A stretch of DNA of 64,000 bases from Thalassobaculaceae bacterium (GCA_965243345.1 CBDEUR010000003.1:3987607-4051606); one strand, 5' to 3'; counted from the stretch's first letter, positions 10,152-20,878 are shown. Notes: generated by a model not told the origin, from the sequence alone. A program made the numbers and translations.

Positions 10152-10377
10152 GGCGGCAATGCTACACGCCGGTTCGCTGCCGGCCTAGAGCCACCCGTCC
10201 TCCGGGAACACGGGAAAACCTGGTGCGGGGCACCTGGCAGTGGTGTCTGGAATTTGGTGTACACTGTGCAGGCTCCCGGAACCCGATGGACCGTGTTCCC
10301 GGCGCGAGACCAACTGGACATGGGAGTGGCGGCCCGTGCCTGTTTGTCGCTTCTGCAGGTGACAATAGCGTGTCGAC

Positions 10378-11751
10378 ATGACGGTGAGCGGAAACGACGG
10401 CAGGCCGGAACTTGATGGACTGCGGGCCTTTGTGCGGGAGGGAGACCGCAATCGCGCCCGGTTCTTTGTCGGGCGCGCGGCGCAGCTGCGCGACATCGAG
10501 TCGGCGTGTGCCGATGCATTTGCGGGTTTCCGGGCGGGCCGGCCGCTGGCAGGAACCACGCGGCTCATCCAGGGGGCTCCCGGCGCGGGCAAGACGGCCC
10601 TTTTGCGCCACTTCGAGGATATCGCAACGCGCGCGCGGACGGAACGAGGCGGGGTCCTTCACCGGTTCTTCGCGGCGGCGGACCAGAAGCACCCACGGAC
10701 GGGGGTGGTGCTGCTTGATGTTGATGACCTCGGCCATCCCGAACGTCTGGTTCAACGCATCGCCGAATGGCTGGATCCGAAGAAGGCGCGAAGGCTGCGA
10801 CAGACCCGCAGTCACAGCGCTGGCGTGCGGGCGGGGACTCCTGGCATCGGGGCCAGGAGCAGCGAGACCGTTTCAACCGGGCCGCCACAGGGCGATCTTG
10901 CGGAACTGGGAAGGCTGTTTGCACCGAAGGACTGGCCGGGCCCCCTTTGCCTGATGGTGGACGAGATCCAGACCATGAGGGCGGAACAGGCGCCTGTCCT
11001 GCAGTCCCTGCACCTGGCGACGGTCGGCCTGCCCGTTGTCCCCGTTCTTGCCGGGTTGGCCAACGCCCGCGACGTACTGGCCCGGTGCGGGATATCCCGC
11101 CTGAGCGAGGATGGCGTGCACATGCTGGGCTGCCTTGATGCCGGAGAACCGGCCGAGGCCGTGCTCAGGATGCTGGCCGAGTTCAGGATACGGGCGGGCG
11201 GTGCCGACACCGGTCGCTGGGCGACGCGTCTGGAAGCGCATTCCGACGGCTGGCCCCAACACCTGCACAACGGACTGCGTTCGCTGGCGGAAGCGCTCGT
11301 CGGGACAGGCGGCGCACTGGGGGACGTCGACATGGAAGCGGTTCTCCTCCGGGCGCAGGAGCGCAGGCTGCAGGCATACCGCGCGAGGCGAAGCACGCAC
11401 ATGCAGGCGTCCATATTTCTGCTTGCTCGCGTCATGGCGGCGGTTCCGGATACCGGTCTTCGTCGGAACGAGGCGATCGCCGTGGTCAGAACACGTGCAC
11501 GAACCGGTGACGGGCACGGCTGGGACGTTCCGGAAGGGATGTCGGCCGGAGACTTCCTCGATCATCTGGTTCTCCGCGGCGCGTTGCAATCCGGCGAGGA
11601 CGACAGGCTGGTCTGCCCGATCTCGAGCTTCCGCCGCTTCCTGACCGAGGAGGCTGTCGACGCCTTTGGATACGACTTCGGAGGTCTGGCACCGGACGAT
11701 CCCGCCATCGTGGAGTTTGGCGACGAAATGTCAGCGGTACTGGACGGGTAG
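10378..11751 (+). CDS. P-loop NTPase (ORC/Cdc6- or archaeal-ATPase-like AAA, STAND-like), function unknown
   Basis: 457 aa. Walker A GAPGAGKT, Walker B LCLMVDEIQ, and a helical C-terminal half. No recognisable partner gene. Confidence 0.7.
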   Translation: MTVSGNDGRPELDGLRAFVREGDRNRARFFVGRAAQLRDIESACADAFAGFRAGRPLAGTTRLIQGAPGAGKTALLRHFEDIATRARTERGGVLHRFFAAADQKHPRTGVVLLDVDDLGHPERLVQRIAEWLDPKKARRLRQTRSHSAGVRAGTPGIGARSSETVSTGPPQGDLAELGRLFAPKDWPGPLCLMVDEIQTMRAEQAPVLQSLHLATVGLPVVPVLAGLANARDVLARCGISRLSEDGVHMLGCLDAGEPAEAVLRMLAEFRIRAGGADTGRWATRLEAHSDGWPQHLHNGLRSLAEALVGTGGALGDVDMEAVLLRAQERRLQAYRARRSTHMQASIFLLARVMAAVPDTGLRRNEAIAVVRTRARTGDGHGWDVPEGMSAGDFLDHLVLRGALQSGEDDRLVCPISSFRRFLTEEAVDAFGYDFGGLAPDDPAIVEFGDEMSAVLDG

Positions 11752-12254
11752 GACTGTCCACTCTCTTCGCGTTGGCACCACACCCGGGTTCCGCATCGAT
11801 CGACGTGCGTGCGCAGCCCATACCGCTGCGCAACCATGGAGGTTCGCCCCTGTCCCTGCAGGCCCTGGAGCCGGTCGAGGATCAGCCGATACGGTTGAGA
11901 CAGTGACGCGCCGTAGCCCATAGGTTGGAATGCCTGGCATCGTTGCCGGTGTTCCCTGTCTCATCTTCGGAAAGCCAGGCGGGAGACATGCCTGTCCCGC
12001 ATTCAACCAGGGTGCTCCGAGCCAGGACGCATTGTGAAACAGGCTTGAGGTGGTTCTTCGGCGCCACGCCGCTCATACTGCAACCCCACACCTGAAGTAC
12101 GTGGCATGTTCCGTGAAGACAAAGCTGCCGATCTCATACCGGCCGGCAAGTAATTCTCCAAGTCGACCCTGCATCCTTTACCCGGACAGGGGGTCGGTCT
12201 ACAACACCCGATCACGGAACGGGGAATTTCGGCACGCTACTGGAGAATTGCACC

Positions 12255-13967
12255 ATGCTTGCCAGGTCCACCGTGGGTGCGGCCGCGGTCATGGCGGTAC
12301 TGTTCGCCGCCACCGCCCATGCCGAGCGCGGCCGCGACGGTCTGTTGAAAATCCTGTACTGGAAGCCGGTCTCCATCATGAACCCGTACCTCTCCGGCGA
12401 TACCCAGGACATCGACGCGGCGTCGCTGGTATTGGAGCCGCTGGCTCGCTACGACGATACGGGAACGATGGTCCCCGTGCTCGCGGCCGACATTCCCACC
12501 GTGGAGAACGGCGGCGTCACGCCTGACCTCAAGTCGATCACCTGGACGATCAGGAAGGGCATCACCTGGTCAGACGGCACAGCGTTCAGCGCTCATGACG
12601 TGGTGTTTTCCGCCGAATACTGCATGAACGAGGAGACGGGCTGCAGCGCGACCTCCGGCTTTGCCGATGTCACCGGGGTCGAGGCGCTGGATGATCACAC
12701 TGCAAGAATCCATTTCGGCGTGGCCAAGCCCTTTCCTTACGGCCCCTTCGTCGGCTCCACCGCGCCGGTTCTGCAGAAGAGGCAGTTCGAGTATTGCACC
12801 GGCGTCATGGCGCAGACATGCATGGCGCAGAACCAGGCCCCCGTTGGCACCGGTCCATTCAAGGTGGAAGAGTTTCGTGCCGACGACCGGGTGATCTTTA
12901 CCGCCAACGAGCAGTACCGGGAGTCCCGCAAGCCCGCTTTCACAGGCGTCGTTTTCAAGGGCGGCGGCGACGCTGCCTCCGCAGCACGCGCCGTACTTGT
13001 CGCCGGCGAGTTCGACTACGCCTGGAATCTTCTGATCCAGCCCGAGAGGCTGGCGCAAATGGAGGCCGATGGCGGCAAGGGAAGCACCGTCACCGGCTTC
13101 GCCACGTGGGTAGAGAGCCTGGTCGTCAATCTGACCAACGACGACCCTGACCTCGGGCCGGAGAAACGCTCGCTTTATCTGGATGACGCCAACCCGCACC
13201 CCTTCCTCTCTGATCCTGCGGTTCGGCGCGCGTTGTCACTCGCAATCGACCGCCAGCTGCTTGTCGATTTCGGCGGCTTCGGCACCACCGGACAGGTTAC
13301 CTGCAACGTGCTTCCCGCGCCGCCGGTCTACGCATCCGCTGCCAACGATGCCTGCATGACCCAGGACATCGATGGGGCAAGACGCATTCTGGACGGAGCG
13401 GGTTGGCTGCCGGGCGAAGACGGCGTGCGCGAGAAGAACGGCATACGTCTCTCGATCCTGTACCAGACCCCGACCAGCTCGTGGCGCCAACGCGTCCAGG
13501 CGCTGGTCAAGCAGATGTGGCAGGACATCGGGGTCGAGACGGAACTGCGCGACATCGATGCGCCGGTGTTCTTCAGCGACGACCCGTACAGCCTCAACAC
13601 CTACAGGAAGTTCTACGCCGACATCCAGATGTATACGAACGGCTTCGGCGGCGTGGACCCGGAGCTCTATATGGCTGGCTGGACCTGCGCGGAGATTCCG
13701 GGACCCGCAAACCGGTGGCTGGGCCGCAACGTCCAGCGCTCCTGCAATGCTGACTACGACGCACTCGCCGCCGAGTTGGCCGTGACCGCTTCCCTGGAGC
13801 AACGCGCCGCCTTGGTGAGGCGAATGAATGACATCATCGTGCAGAACTACTACATGATTCCGCTGGTCTGGCGATCCGGGGTCTCGGCGCATGCAAGCAC
13901 GCTGAAAGGCGTGCGCATGAACCCGTGGGATTCGGAACTGTGGAATGTGGCGGACTGGCACCGCTGA
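12255..13967 (+). CDS. ABC transporter substrate-binding protein, family 5 (peptide/nickel type)
   Basis: 570 aa. Signal peptide MLARSTVGAAAVMAVLFAATAHA and DppA/OppA-like sequence throughout. No permease or ATPase gene is adjacent. Confidence 0.85.
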   Translation: MLARSTVGAAAVMAVLFAATAHAERGRDGLLKILYWKPVSIMNPYLSGDTQDIDAASLVLEPLARYDDTGTMVPVLAADIPTVENGGVTPDLKSITWTIRKGITWSDGTAFSAHDVVFSAEYCMNEETGCSATSGFADVTGVEALDDHTARIHFGVAKPFPYGPFVGSTAPVLQKRQFEYCTGVMAQTCMAQNQAPVGTGPFKVEEFRADDRVIFTANEQYRESRKPAFTGVVFKGGGDAASAARAVLVAGEFDYAWNLLIQPERLAQMEADGGKGSTVTGFATWVESLVVNLTNDDPDLGPEKRSLYLDDANPHPFLSDPAVRRALSLAIDRQLLVDFGGFGTTGQVTCNVLPAPPVYASAANDACMTQDIDGARRILDGAGWLPGEDGVREKNGIRLSILYQTPTSSWRQRVQALVKQMWQDIGVETELRDIDAPVFFSDDPYSLNTYRKFYADIQMYTNGFGGVDPELYMAGWTCAEIPGPANRWLGRNVQRSCNADYDALAAELAVTASLEQRAALVRRMNDIIVQNYYMIPLVWRSGVSAHASTLKGVRMNPWDSELWNVADWHR

Positions 13968-14041
13968 ACAGCCGGGCCAGCTGGCAGAAAGGGCTCGGGC
14001 GCTGCCGTGGCGATCATGCGAAACGCCGCAGATCCTTCGGC

Positions 14042-15361
14042 CTAGAGCTCGCGGGAGCCGTCCCGCGATATCCGGCCCAGGCGCCGGTTGACCAGCAGGC
14101 GCAGCAGCGGGTCGGGTGGAATCCGGGCGGCGGCGGGGACCGACAGCATCACCCGCAGCAGGTCGCTGTCGTGGCCGCAGACGAGTTCGGCCAGCAGCTT
14201 GCCCCCGATCGCTCCCCGTGTCATCGGCGCGGCGTCCGGCGAGACCAGCGCCCACAGCCCGTCGCGGAACTGCCCGAACACGGTGCCCTCGTTGCGGGTG
14301 AAGCCGAGAACGCCTCCCCAGGTTCCGGTGAATGCGACGTCGCCGAGGTCGGGCCAGCGCGCGGCGATGCTGCGGCGATGGACCGCCGCCATCTCCTCGA
14401 TCAGGGCTGCAGAATACCGGCCGGTGCGGGCGTAGCGCAGGGAATTGCGCATCAGGATCCGGCGGTCACGCGTCAACCGCACGGTGCTGCCATTGGGATG
14501 TGCCGGAAGCAGTCCGAACTCCGAACCGCTCCCCAGCATCGCGGCCTGGTGGTCGGACAGCGGTTCGGTCAGGCTGGCGAAGGTGGCGACCGGCACCACC
14601 CGGGCCGATGCGACCCCCATCCGCCCGGTGGCGACATGGGTGCACAGGATGACCGACCCCGCCGCGATGACACCGTCGGGGCAGACGAGCCGGTAGCCGC
14701 CACGGGCGTCGATCTCGTGCACCGGGCTGTCCTCGTAGAGATCGACATTCGCGGGCAGTGAGGTGCCCAGGCCGCGCATCAGGGCTGCCGGCTGGACCAG
14801 GGCGGACCCGCCGGTCCGGATCCCGGCGAGGTAGTAGCCGGACCCGGTCAGCTCCGTGACCGCGTCGCGCCCGAGACTCTGCCAGTCGACGGCGAGCGCG
14901 TCGAAACCCGACCCCACGCCGGCGAGGGCGTCGAGGCCGGCCGGGGTGGCGGCAACATAGACCCGCCCCCAGTCGCTCCACTGGCACCGGATCTGGTGGT
15001 CACGGACGAGCTCGCGCAGCCAGGCCGTGCCGGCCGCGGACAGCCGATCGTTCTTGCGGGCGGTCTCGAGGTGGTCCACGCCACCGTGACTGTGGTGATC
15101 GAGCAGGAACCCGGCGTTGCGCCCGGAGGTCCCGTGACCGAGACGCGAGGCGTCGACCAGCGCGATGGAGGCGTCGGGCCTGAGTTCGCCGAGGCGCCGG
15201 GCAACCGAACAGCCGCAGATGCCGGCGCCGACGACGGCGAAGTCGACGCGGATGTCGCCGGTGACCCGGCGTGCAGGCGGCGGTGCCGGCAGGCAGCGGT
15301 ACCAGCCGCTGCCGGGACCGTCATCGGGCAGGTCCCGGGCCCGGATACTGCGCCAAGCCAT
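14042..15361 (-). CDS. FAD-dependent oxidoreductase (DAO family)
   Basis: The dinucleotide motif DFAVVGAGICG lies near the N-terminus. I chose the start at ATG 15361 (MAWRS...); the ORF stays open to 15481. Confidence 0.8.
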   Translation of the reverse strand: MAWRSIRARDLPDDGPGSGWYRCLPAPPPARRVTGDIRVDFAVVGAGICGCSVARRLGELRPDASIALVDASRLGHGTSGRNAGFLLDHHSHGGVDHLETARKNDRLSAAGTAWLRELVRDHQIRCQWSDWGRVYVAATPAGLDALAGVGSGFDALAVDWQSLGRDAVTELTGSGYYLAGIRTGGSALVQPAALMRGLGTSLPANVDLYEDSPVHEIDARGGYRLVCPDGVIAAGSVILCTHVATGRMGVASARVVPVATFASLTEPLSDHQAAMLGSGSEFGLLPAHPNGSTVRLTRDRRILMRNSLRYARTGRYSAALIEEMAAVHRRSIAARWPDLGDVAFTGTWGGVLGFTRNEGTVFGQFRDGLWALVSPDAAPMTRGAIGGKLLAELVCGHDSDLLRVMLSVPAAARIPPDPLLRLLVNRRLGRISRDGSREL

Positions 15362-15498
15362 GCTGTCATCCGCTCCGCGTGCCGTCTTGCACGAGGCATG
15401 GTATGTGCTCCGGTTCCTGTCTTCAACGCGGGCCCGGCAGTGGAAATACCGGACGTCCTGTGCCACCATGCGTGCGCCCACCGGAAGGGAACGGACCT

Positions 15499-16767
15499 AT
15501 GGAACAACTGGATACCAGCACCGAATCCACGCAGGCTGGCAACGCATCCGCCTTCGTGCCGAGCTTCGAACTCACGAAGGGGCAGCCGACGCCGATCGCG
15601 GCAAACGGCGGCCTTTCCTACATGTCCTTCGACAGGAACGGGGATGCCGGGACAACGGCGGCGCTCGAGGCGGCCCTCGGGCAGATTGCCGAGGGCCACA
15701 GCCGTGCACTGGTTGACGAGATCGAGAATGCGCCTCCGGGTCCGGTTCCCACGAGGTGGGGCCCCGGGTTCCGTACCTACGGCGAGTGCATCGAGCACAT
15801 CCGCACGAGCGGCATGACCGCGCCGGAAGGCGGCGTGGTCCTCCCGTTGCGCTATACCGTCTATGAACATCCGTCCTACTCGGTGGTGCCGTCGAACGCG
15901 CTGTGGCGGGATCCGGCGCGCGCGGAAGAGGCCCGGTTGCTACGGGAAGCCGACAGCGAGGGCGGAAAGCGCAACCTCTACTTCCCGCATGTCCTGCGTG
16001 ATGCGCGCCGGATCGACGAGTACTACCCGGGACTGTCGGTGCGCAGCCCGGAGGCGATGGACCGGCTCGGGGTCTCGCTTGCCCACATGGAGTCGCGGTG
16101 CACGAACTTCTACGACGCCGCCGAGGTGGAGCGGGTGTTCTACCCGGAAATCGAGAAGCTGCTGCTCGACTTCTTCCCTGGTGCAACCGACGCGCTGGTC
16201 TACAACCACGACGTGTTCGACAAGGAGTACCAGGGTGACCGGACCGAGGACCAGGATGCGAAGAATCCTGGTGTGAATGCCCGGTATGTCAACCTGGTGC
16301 ACAATGACCTGAACGACAACAGCGGCCGGGTGCGCTGCCGCGAGTTGCTGACCCGCAACCTGCGGAACTTCGGGCGCAGGCAGCACTACACCGGGGCCGA
16401 GGCGGACGCGAAGATGTCGCGCCGGTTCATGTCGATCAACCTGGCCAAGCCGATGGAGACCGTGCAGCAGTTCCCGTTCGTGCTCTGTGCCTGGCCGTCG
16501 TTTGCCGACCAGCCCTACATCACCAACTACCGCATCTACGATGACCGTGTCGGCGAGACCACCCGGTTTACCTACCGGCCGGACCACGAGTGGTACTGGT
16601 TCCCGCGCCAGCAGCCCCACGAGGTCTCGATGCTGAAGTGCTACGACTCGGTCACCGACGGATCGGTCTCGCGCTGGTCGTTCCACACAGCCTGCATCGA
16701 TCCGACCACGCCCATCGATGCGCCGTGCCGCAAGAATGTCGTGGTCCGTTCCTACGTCTTCTTCTAG
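15499..16767 (+). CDS. CmcJ/NvfI-family oxygenase-like protein, copy 1 (long N-terminal extension)
   Basis: 422 aa. Family-like blocks: FYPEIEKLL..GA..LVYNHDV, VHNDLND (HxD), RFMSINLAKP, WYWFP...EV.MLKCYDS, SFHTA. SD-like GGAAGGGA lies upstream. Confidence 0.7.
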   Translation: MEQLDTSTESTQAGNASAFVPSFELTKGQPTPIAANGGLSYMSFDRNGDAGTTAALEAALGQIAEGHSRALVDEIENAPPGPVPTRWGPGFRTYGECIEHIRTSGMTAPEGGVVLPLRYTVYEHPSYSVVPSNALWRDPARAEEARLLREADSEGGKRNLYFPHVLRDARRIDEYYPGLSVRSPEAMDRLGVSLAHMESRCTNFYDAAEVERVFYPEIEKLLLDFFPGATDALVYNHDVFDKEYQGDRTEDQDAKNPGVNARYVNLVHNDLNDNSGRVRCRELLTRNLRNFGRRQHYTGAEADAKMSRRFMSINLAKPMETVQQFPFVLCAWPSFADQPYITNYRIYDDRVGETTRFTYRPDHEWYWFPRQQPHEVSMLKCYDSVTDGSVSRWSFHTACIDPTTPIDAPCRKNVVVRSYVFF

Positions 16768-16895
16768 TCATCTGGAACTGAAGTAGTCATCATTGTATGG
16801 TGACCGCCCGGGTATGAACTCGGAGGTCATCGCGATGACACGTGGTATGGGGCGGTCTTTGGCGGCGCTGGTCTTGAGCGACGAGGAGCGGCACG

Positions 16896-17332
16896 GGTGC
16901 ACAGGATGACCGTCTCCGCCGCGATGACACCGTCGGGGCAGATGAGGCGGCAGCCGCCGCGGGTATCGACCCCGTGCACCGAACTGTCCTCGCAGAGATC
17001 GACATTCTCGGGCAGTGAGGCGGCCGGTCCGCGTGTCATGGCTGCCGGCTGGACCAGGGCGGACCCGCTGGCCCGGATCCCGGCGAGGTAGTAACCGGAC
17101 CCTGTCAGCCGTGTGACCGCGTTGCGCTCGAGACGCTGCCGGTCGACGGCGAGTGAATCGAAACCGGACCCTGCTCCGGCGAGCACGTCGAGACCGGACG
17201 GGGTGGCGGCGGCGTAGACGCGCGCCCAGTCGTTCCACTGGCACCGGTTCCTGTCTTCAACGCAGGCCCGGCAGTGGAAATACCGGGCGTCCTGTGCCAC
17301 CATGCGTGCGCCCACCGGAAGGGAACGGACCT
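16896..17332 (-). pseudogene. FAD-dependent oxidoreductase fragment (5'-deleted, 3'-truncated copy of 14042..15361)
   Basis: Translation CQWNDWARVYAAATPSGLD...VIAAETVILCT aligns to residues about 166-281 of the 479-aa upstream ORF. The start codon and the GxGxxG motif are missing. Confidence 0.8.
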
Positions 17333-18601
17333 ATGGAACAACTGGATACCAGCACCGAATCCACACAGGCTGGCACGGCATCCGTCTTCGTGCCGAGCTT
17401 CGAGCTCACGAAGGGGCAGCCGACGCCGATCGCGGCAAACGGCGGCCTTTCCTACATGTCGCTCGACAAGAACGGGGATGCCGGGACAACGGCGGCGCTT
17501 GAGGCGGCGCTCAAGCAGATTGCCGAGGGCCACAGCCGTGCGCTGGTCAAGGAGATCGAGAATGCGCCTCCGGGACCGGTTCCCACGCAGTGGGGCCCCG
17601 GGTTCCGTACCTACGGCGAGTGTATCGAGCACATCCGCACGAGCGGCATGACCGCGCCGGAGGGCGGTGTGGTCCTCCCGTTGCGCTACACCGTCTACGA
17701 ACACCCGTCCTACTCGGTGGTGACGTCGAATGCCCTGTGGCGGGATCCGGCGCGCGCGGAAGAGGCCCGGCTGCTGCGGGAAGACGACAGCGAGGGCGGA
17801 AAGCGCAGCCTCTACTTCCCGCATGTCCTGCGTGATGCGCGCCGGATCGACGAGTACTACCCGGGACTGTCGGTACGCAGCCCGGAAGCGATGGACCGGC
17901 TCGGGGTCTCGCTTGCCCACATGGAGTCCCGGTGCACGAACTTCTACGACGCCGCCGAGGTGGAGCGGGTGTTCTACCCTGAAATCGAGAAGCTGCTGCT
18001 CGACTTCTTCCCTGGTGCAACCGACGCGCTGGTCTACAACCACGACGTGTTCGACAAGGAGTACCAGGGCGACCGGACCGAGGACCAGGATGCGAAGAAT
18101 CCCGGTGTGAACGCCCGGTATGCCAACCTGGTGCACAATGACCTGAACGACAACAGCGGCCGGGTGCGCTGCCGCGAGTTGCTGACCCGCAACCTGCGGA
18201 ACTTCGGGCGCAGGCAGCACTACACCGAGGCCGAGGCGGACGCGAAGATGTCGCGCCGCTTCATGTCGATCAACCTGGCCAAGCCGATGGAGACCGTGCA
18301 GCAGTTCCCGTTCGTGCTCTGTGCCTGGCCGTCGTTTGCCGACCAGCCCTACATCACCAACTACCGCATCTACGATGACCGTGTCGGCGAGACCACCCGG
18401 TTTACCTACCGGCCGGACCACGAGTGGTACTGGTTCCCGCGCCAGCAGGCCCACGAGGTCTCGATGCTGAAGTGCTACGACTCGGTCACCGACGGATCGG
18501 TCTCGCGCTGGTCGTTCCACACTGCCTGCATCGATCCGACCACGCCCATCGACGCGCCGTGCCGCAAGAACGTGGTGGTCCGTTCCTACGTTTTCTTCTA
18601 G
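17333..18601 (+). CDS. CmcJ/NvfI-family oxygenase-like protein, copy 2
   Basis: 422 aa, the same length as copy 1. It differs at 13 residues by my hand alignment, and the upstream 87 bp are nearly identical. Confidence 0.7.
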   Translation: MEQLDTSTESTQAGTASVFVPSFELTKGQPTPIAANGGLSYMSLDKNGDAGTTAALEAALKQIAEGHSRALVKEIENAPPGPVPTQWGPGFRTYGECIEHIRTSGMTAPEGGVVLPLRYTVYEHPSYSVVTSNALWRDPARAEEARLLREDDSEGGKRSLYFPHVLRDARRIDEYYPGLSVRSPEAMDRLGVSLAHMESRCTNFYDAAEVERVFYPEIEKLLLDFFPGATDALVYNHDVFDKEYQGDRTEDQDAKNPGVNARYANLVHNDLNDNSGRVRCRELLTRNLRNFGRRQHYTEAEADAKMSRRFMSINLAKPMETVQQFPFVLCAWPSFADQPYITNYRIYDDRVGETTRFTYRPDHEWYWFPRQQAHEVSMLKCYDSVTDGSVSRWSFHTACIDPTTPIDAPCRKNVVVRSYVFF

Positions 18602-18670
18602 TCCGCCCGATTCCGACGCCCTGTTCCGGGCCGGCCCGCGCCCCGCGTGAGGCCGGCCTCGGGGCATTGC

Positions 18671-18688
18671 GCCCGCCGTTCGGCGGGC
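18671..18688 (+). terminator. GC hairpin after CmcJ-like copy 2 (no U-tract; weak terminator candidate)
   Basis: gcccgcc-gttc-ggcgggc, followed by cgcgcgc and an A8 run (18696-18703) rather than a T-run. Confidence 0.25.
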
Positions 18689-18715
18689 CGCGCGCAAAAA
18701 AAATTTAGCGGCGGC

Positions 18716-18744
18716 CTTGACGCCGCGCGGCAATGGTCCCATAT
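18716..18744 (+). promoter_or_regulatory. sigma32-like promoter of groESL
   Basis: CTTGACG-N14-TCCCATAT compared with the remembered RpoH consensus CTTGAAA-N13/14-CCCCATNT. It lies immediately upstream of CIRCE. Confidence 0.5.
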
Positions 18745-18747
18745 GGC

Positions 18748-18774
18748 GTAGCACTCACCGGGACCGAGTGCTAA
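18748..18774 (+). promoter_or_regulatory. CIRCE operator (HrcA binding site)
   Basis: gTAGCACTC-N9-GAGTGCTAA matches TTAGCACTC-N9-GAGTGCTAA with one mismatch. It sits 77 nt upstream of groES. Confidence 0.9.
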
Positions 18775-18850
18775 CAGCCGCTGGCGTGGCCGTGCCTCTC
18801 CCGGTGTCCGGGTTCATTCTGAGTACCAGACTTCAACATGGAGGAACGGC

Positions 18851-20852
<2,002 letters not shown>

Positions 20853-20878
20853 CCTGTCCCCTCCACGACCCTGACGAC

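Larger units (their letters stand above)
14639..18601. repeat. tandem segmental duplication (unit 1 ~14639-16767; unit 2 ~16896-18601, which carries a 423-bp internal deletion)
   Basis: Hand alignment. Position 15499 aligns to 17333 (offset 1834) and 14639 aligns to 16896 (offset 2257). A ~125-bp unique spacer lies at 16771-16895. Confidence 0.9.

Noticed and set aside
11752-12254. Minus-strand ORFs 11562..11921, 11882..12091 and 12003..12215, considered as decayed transposase or integrase fragments.
   Set aside because: I could not recognise any family motif in any frame. The region is left as unexplained DNA and flagged under the ATPase finding rather than annotated.
14639-18601. The repeated 1.8-kb units, considered as a possible CRISPR-like or IS-flanked array.
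   Set aside because: There are only two large units, each containing a full protein gene. There are no short regular repeats or spacers and no transposase. It is a segmental tandem duplication.
18671-18703. A hairpin plus an A8 run, considered as a strong bidirectional terminator.
   Set aside because: On the plus strand the stem is followed by CGCGCGC and then A8, so there is no U-tract. On the minus strand the T-run precedes the stem, and no minus-strand gene converges here. I kept it only as a low-confidence feature.
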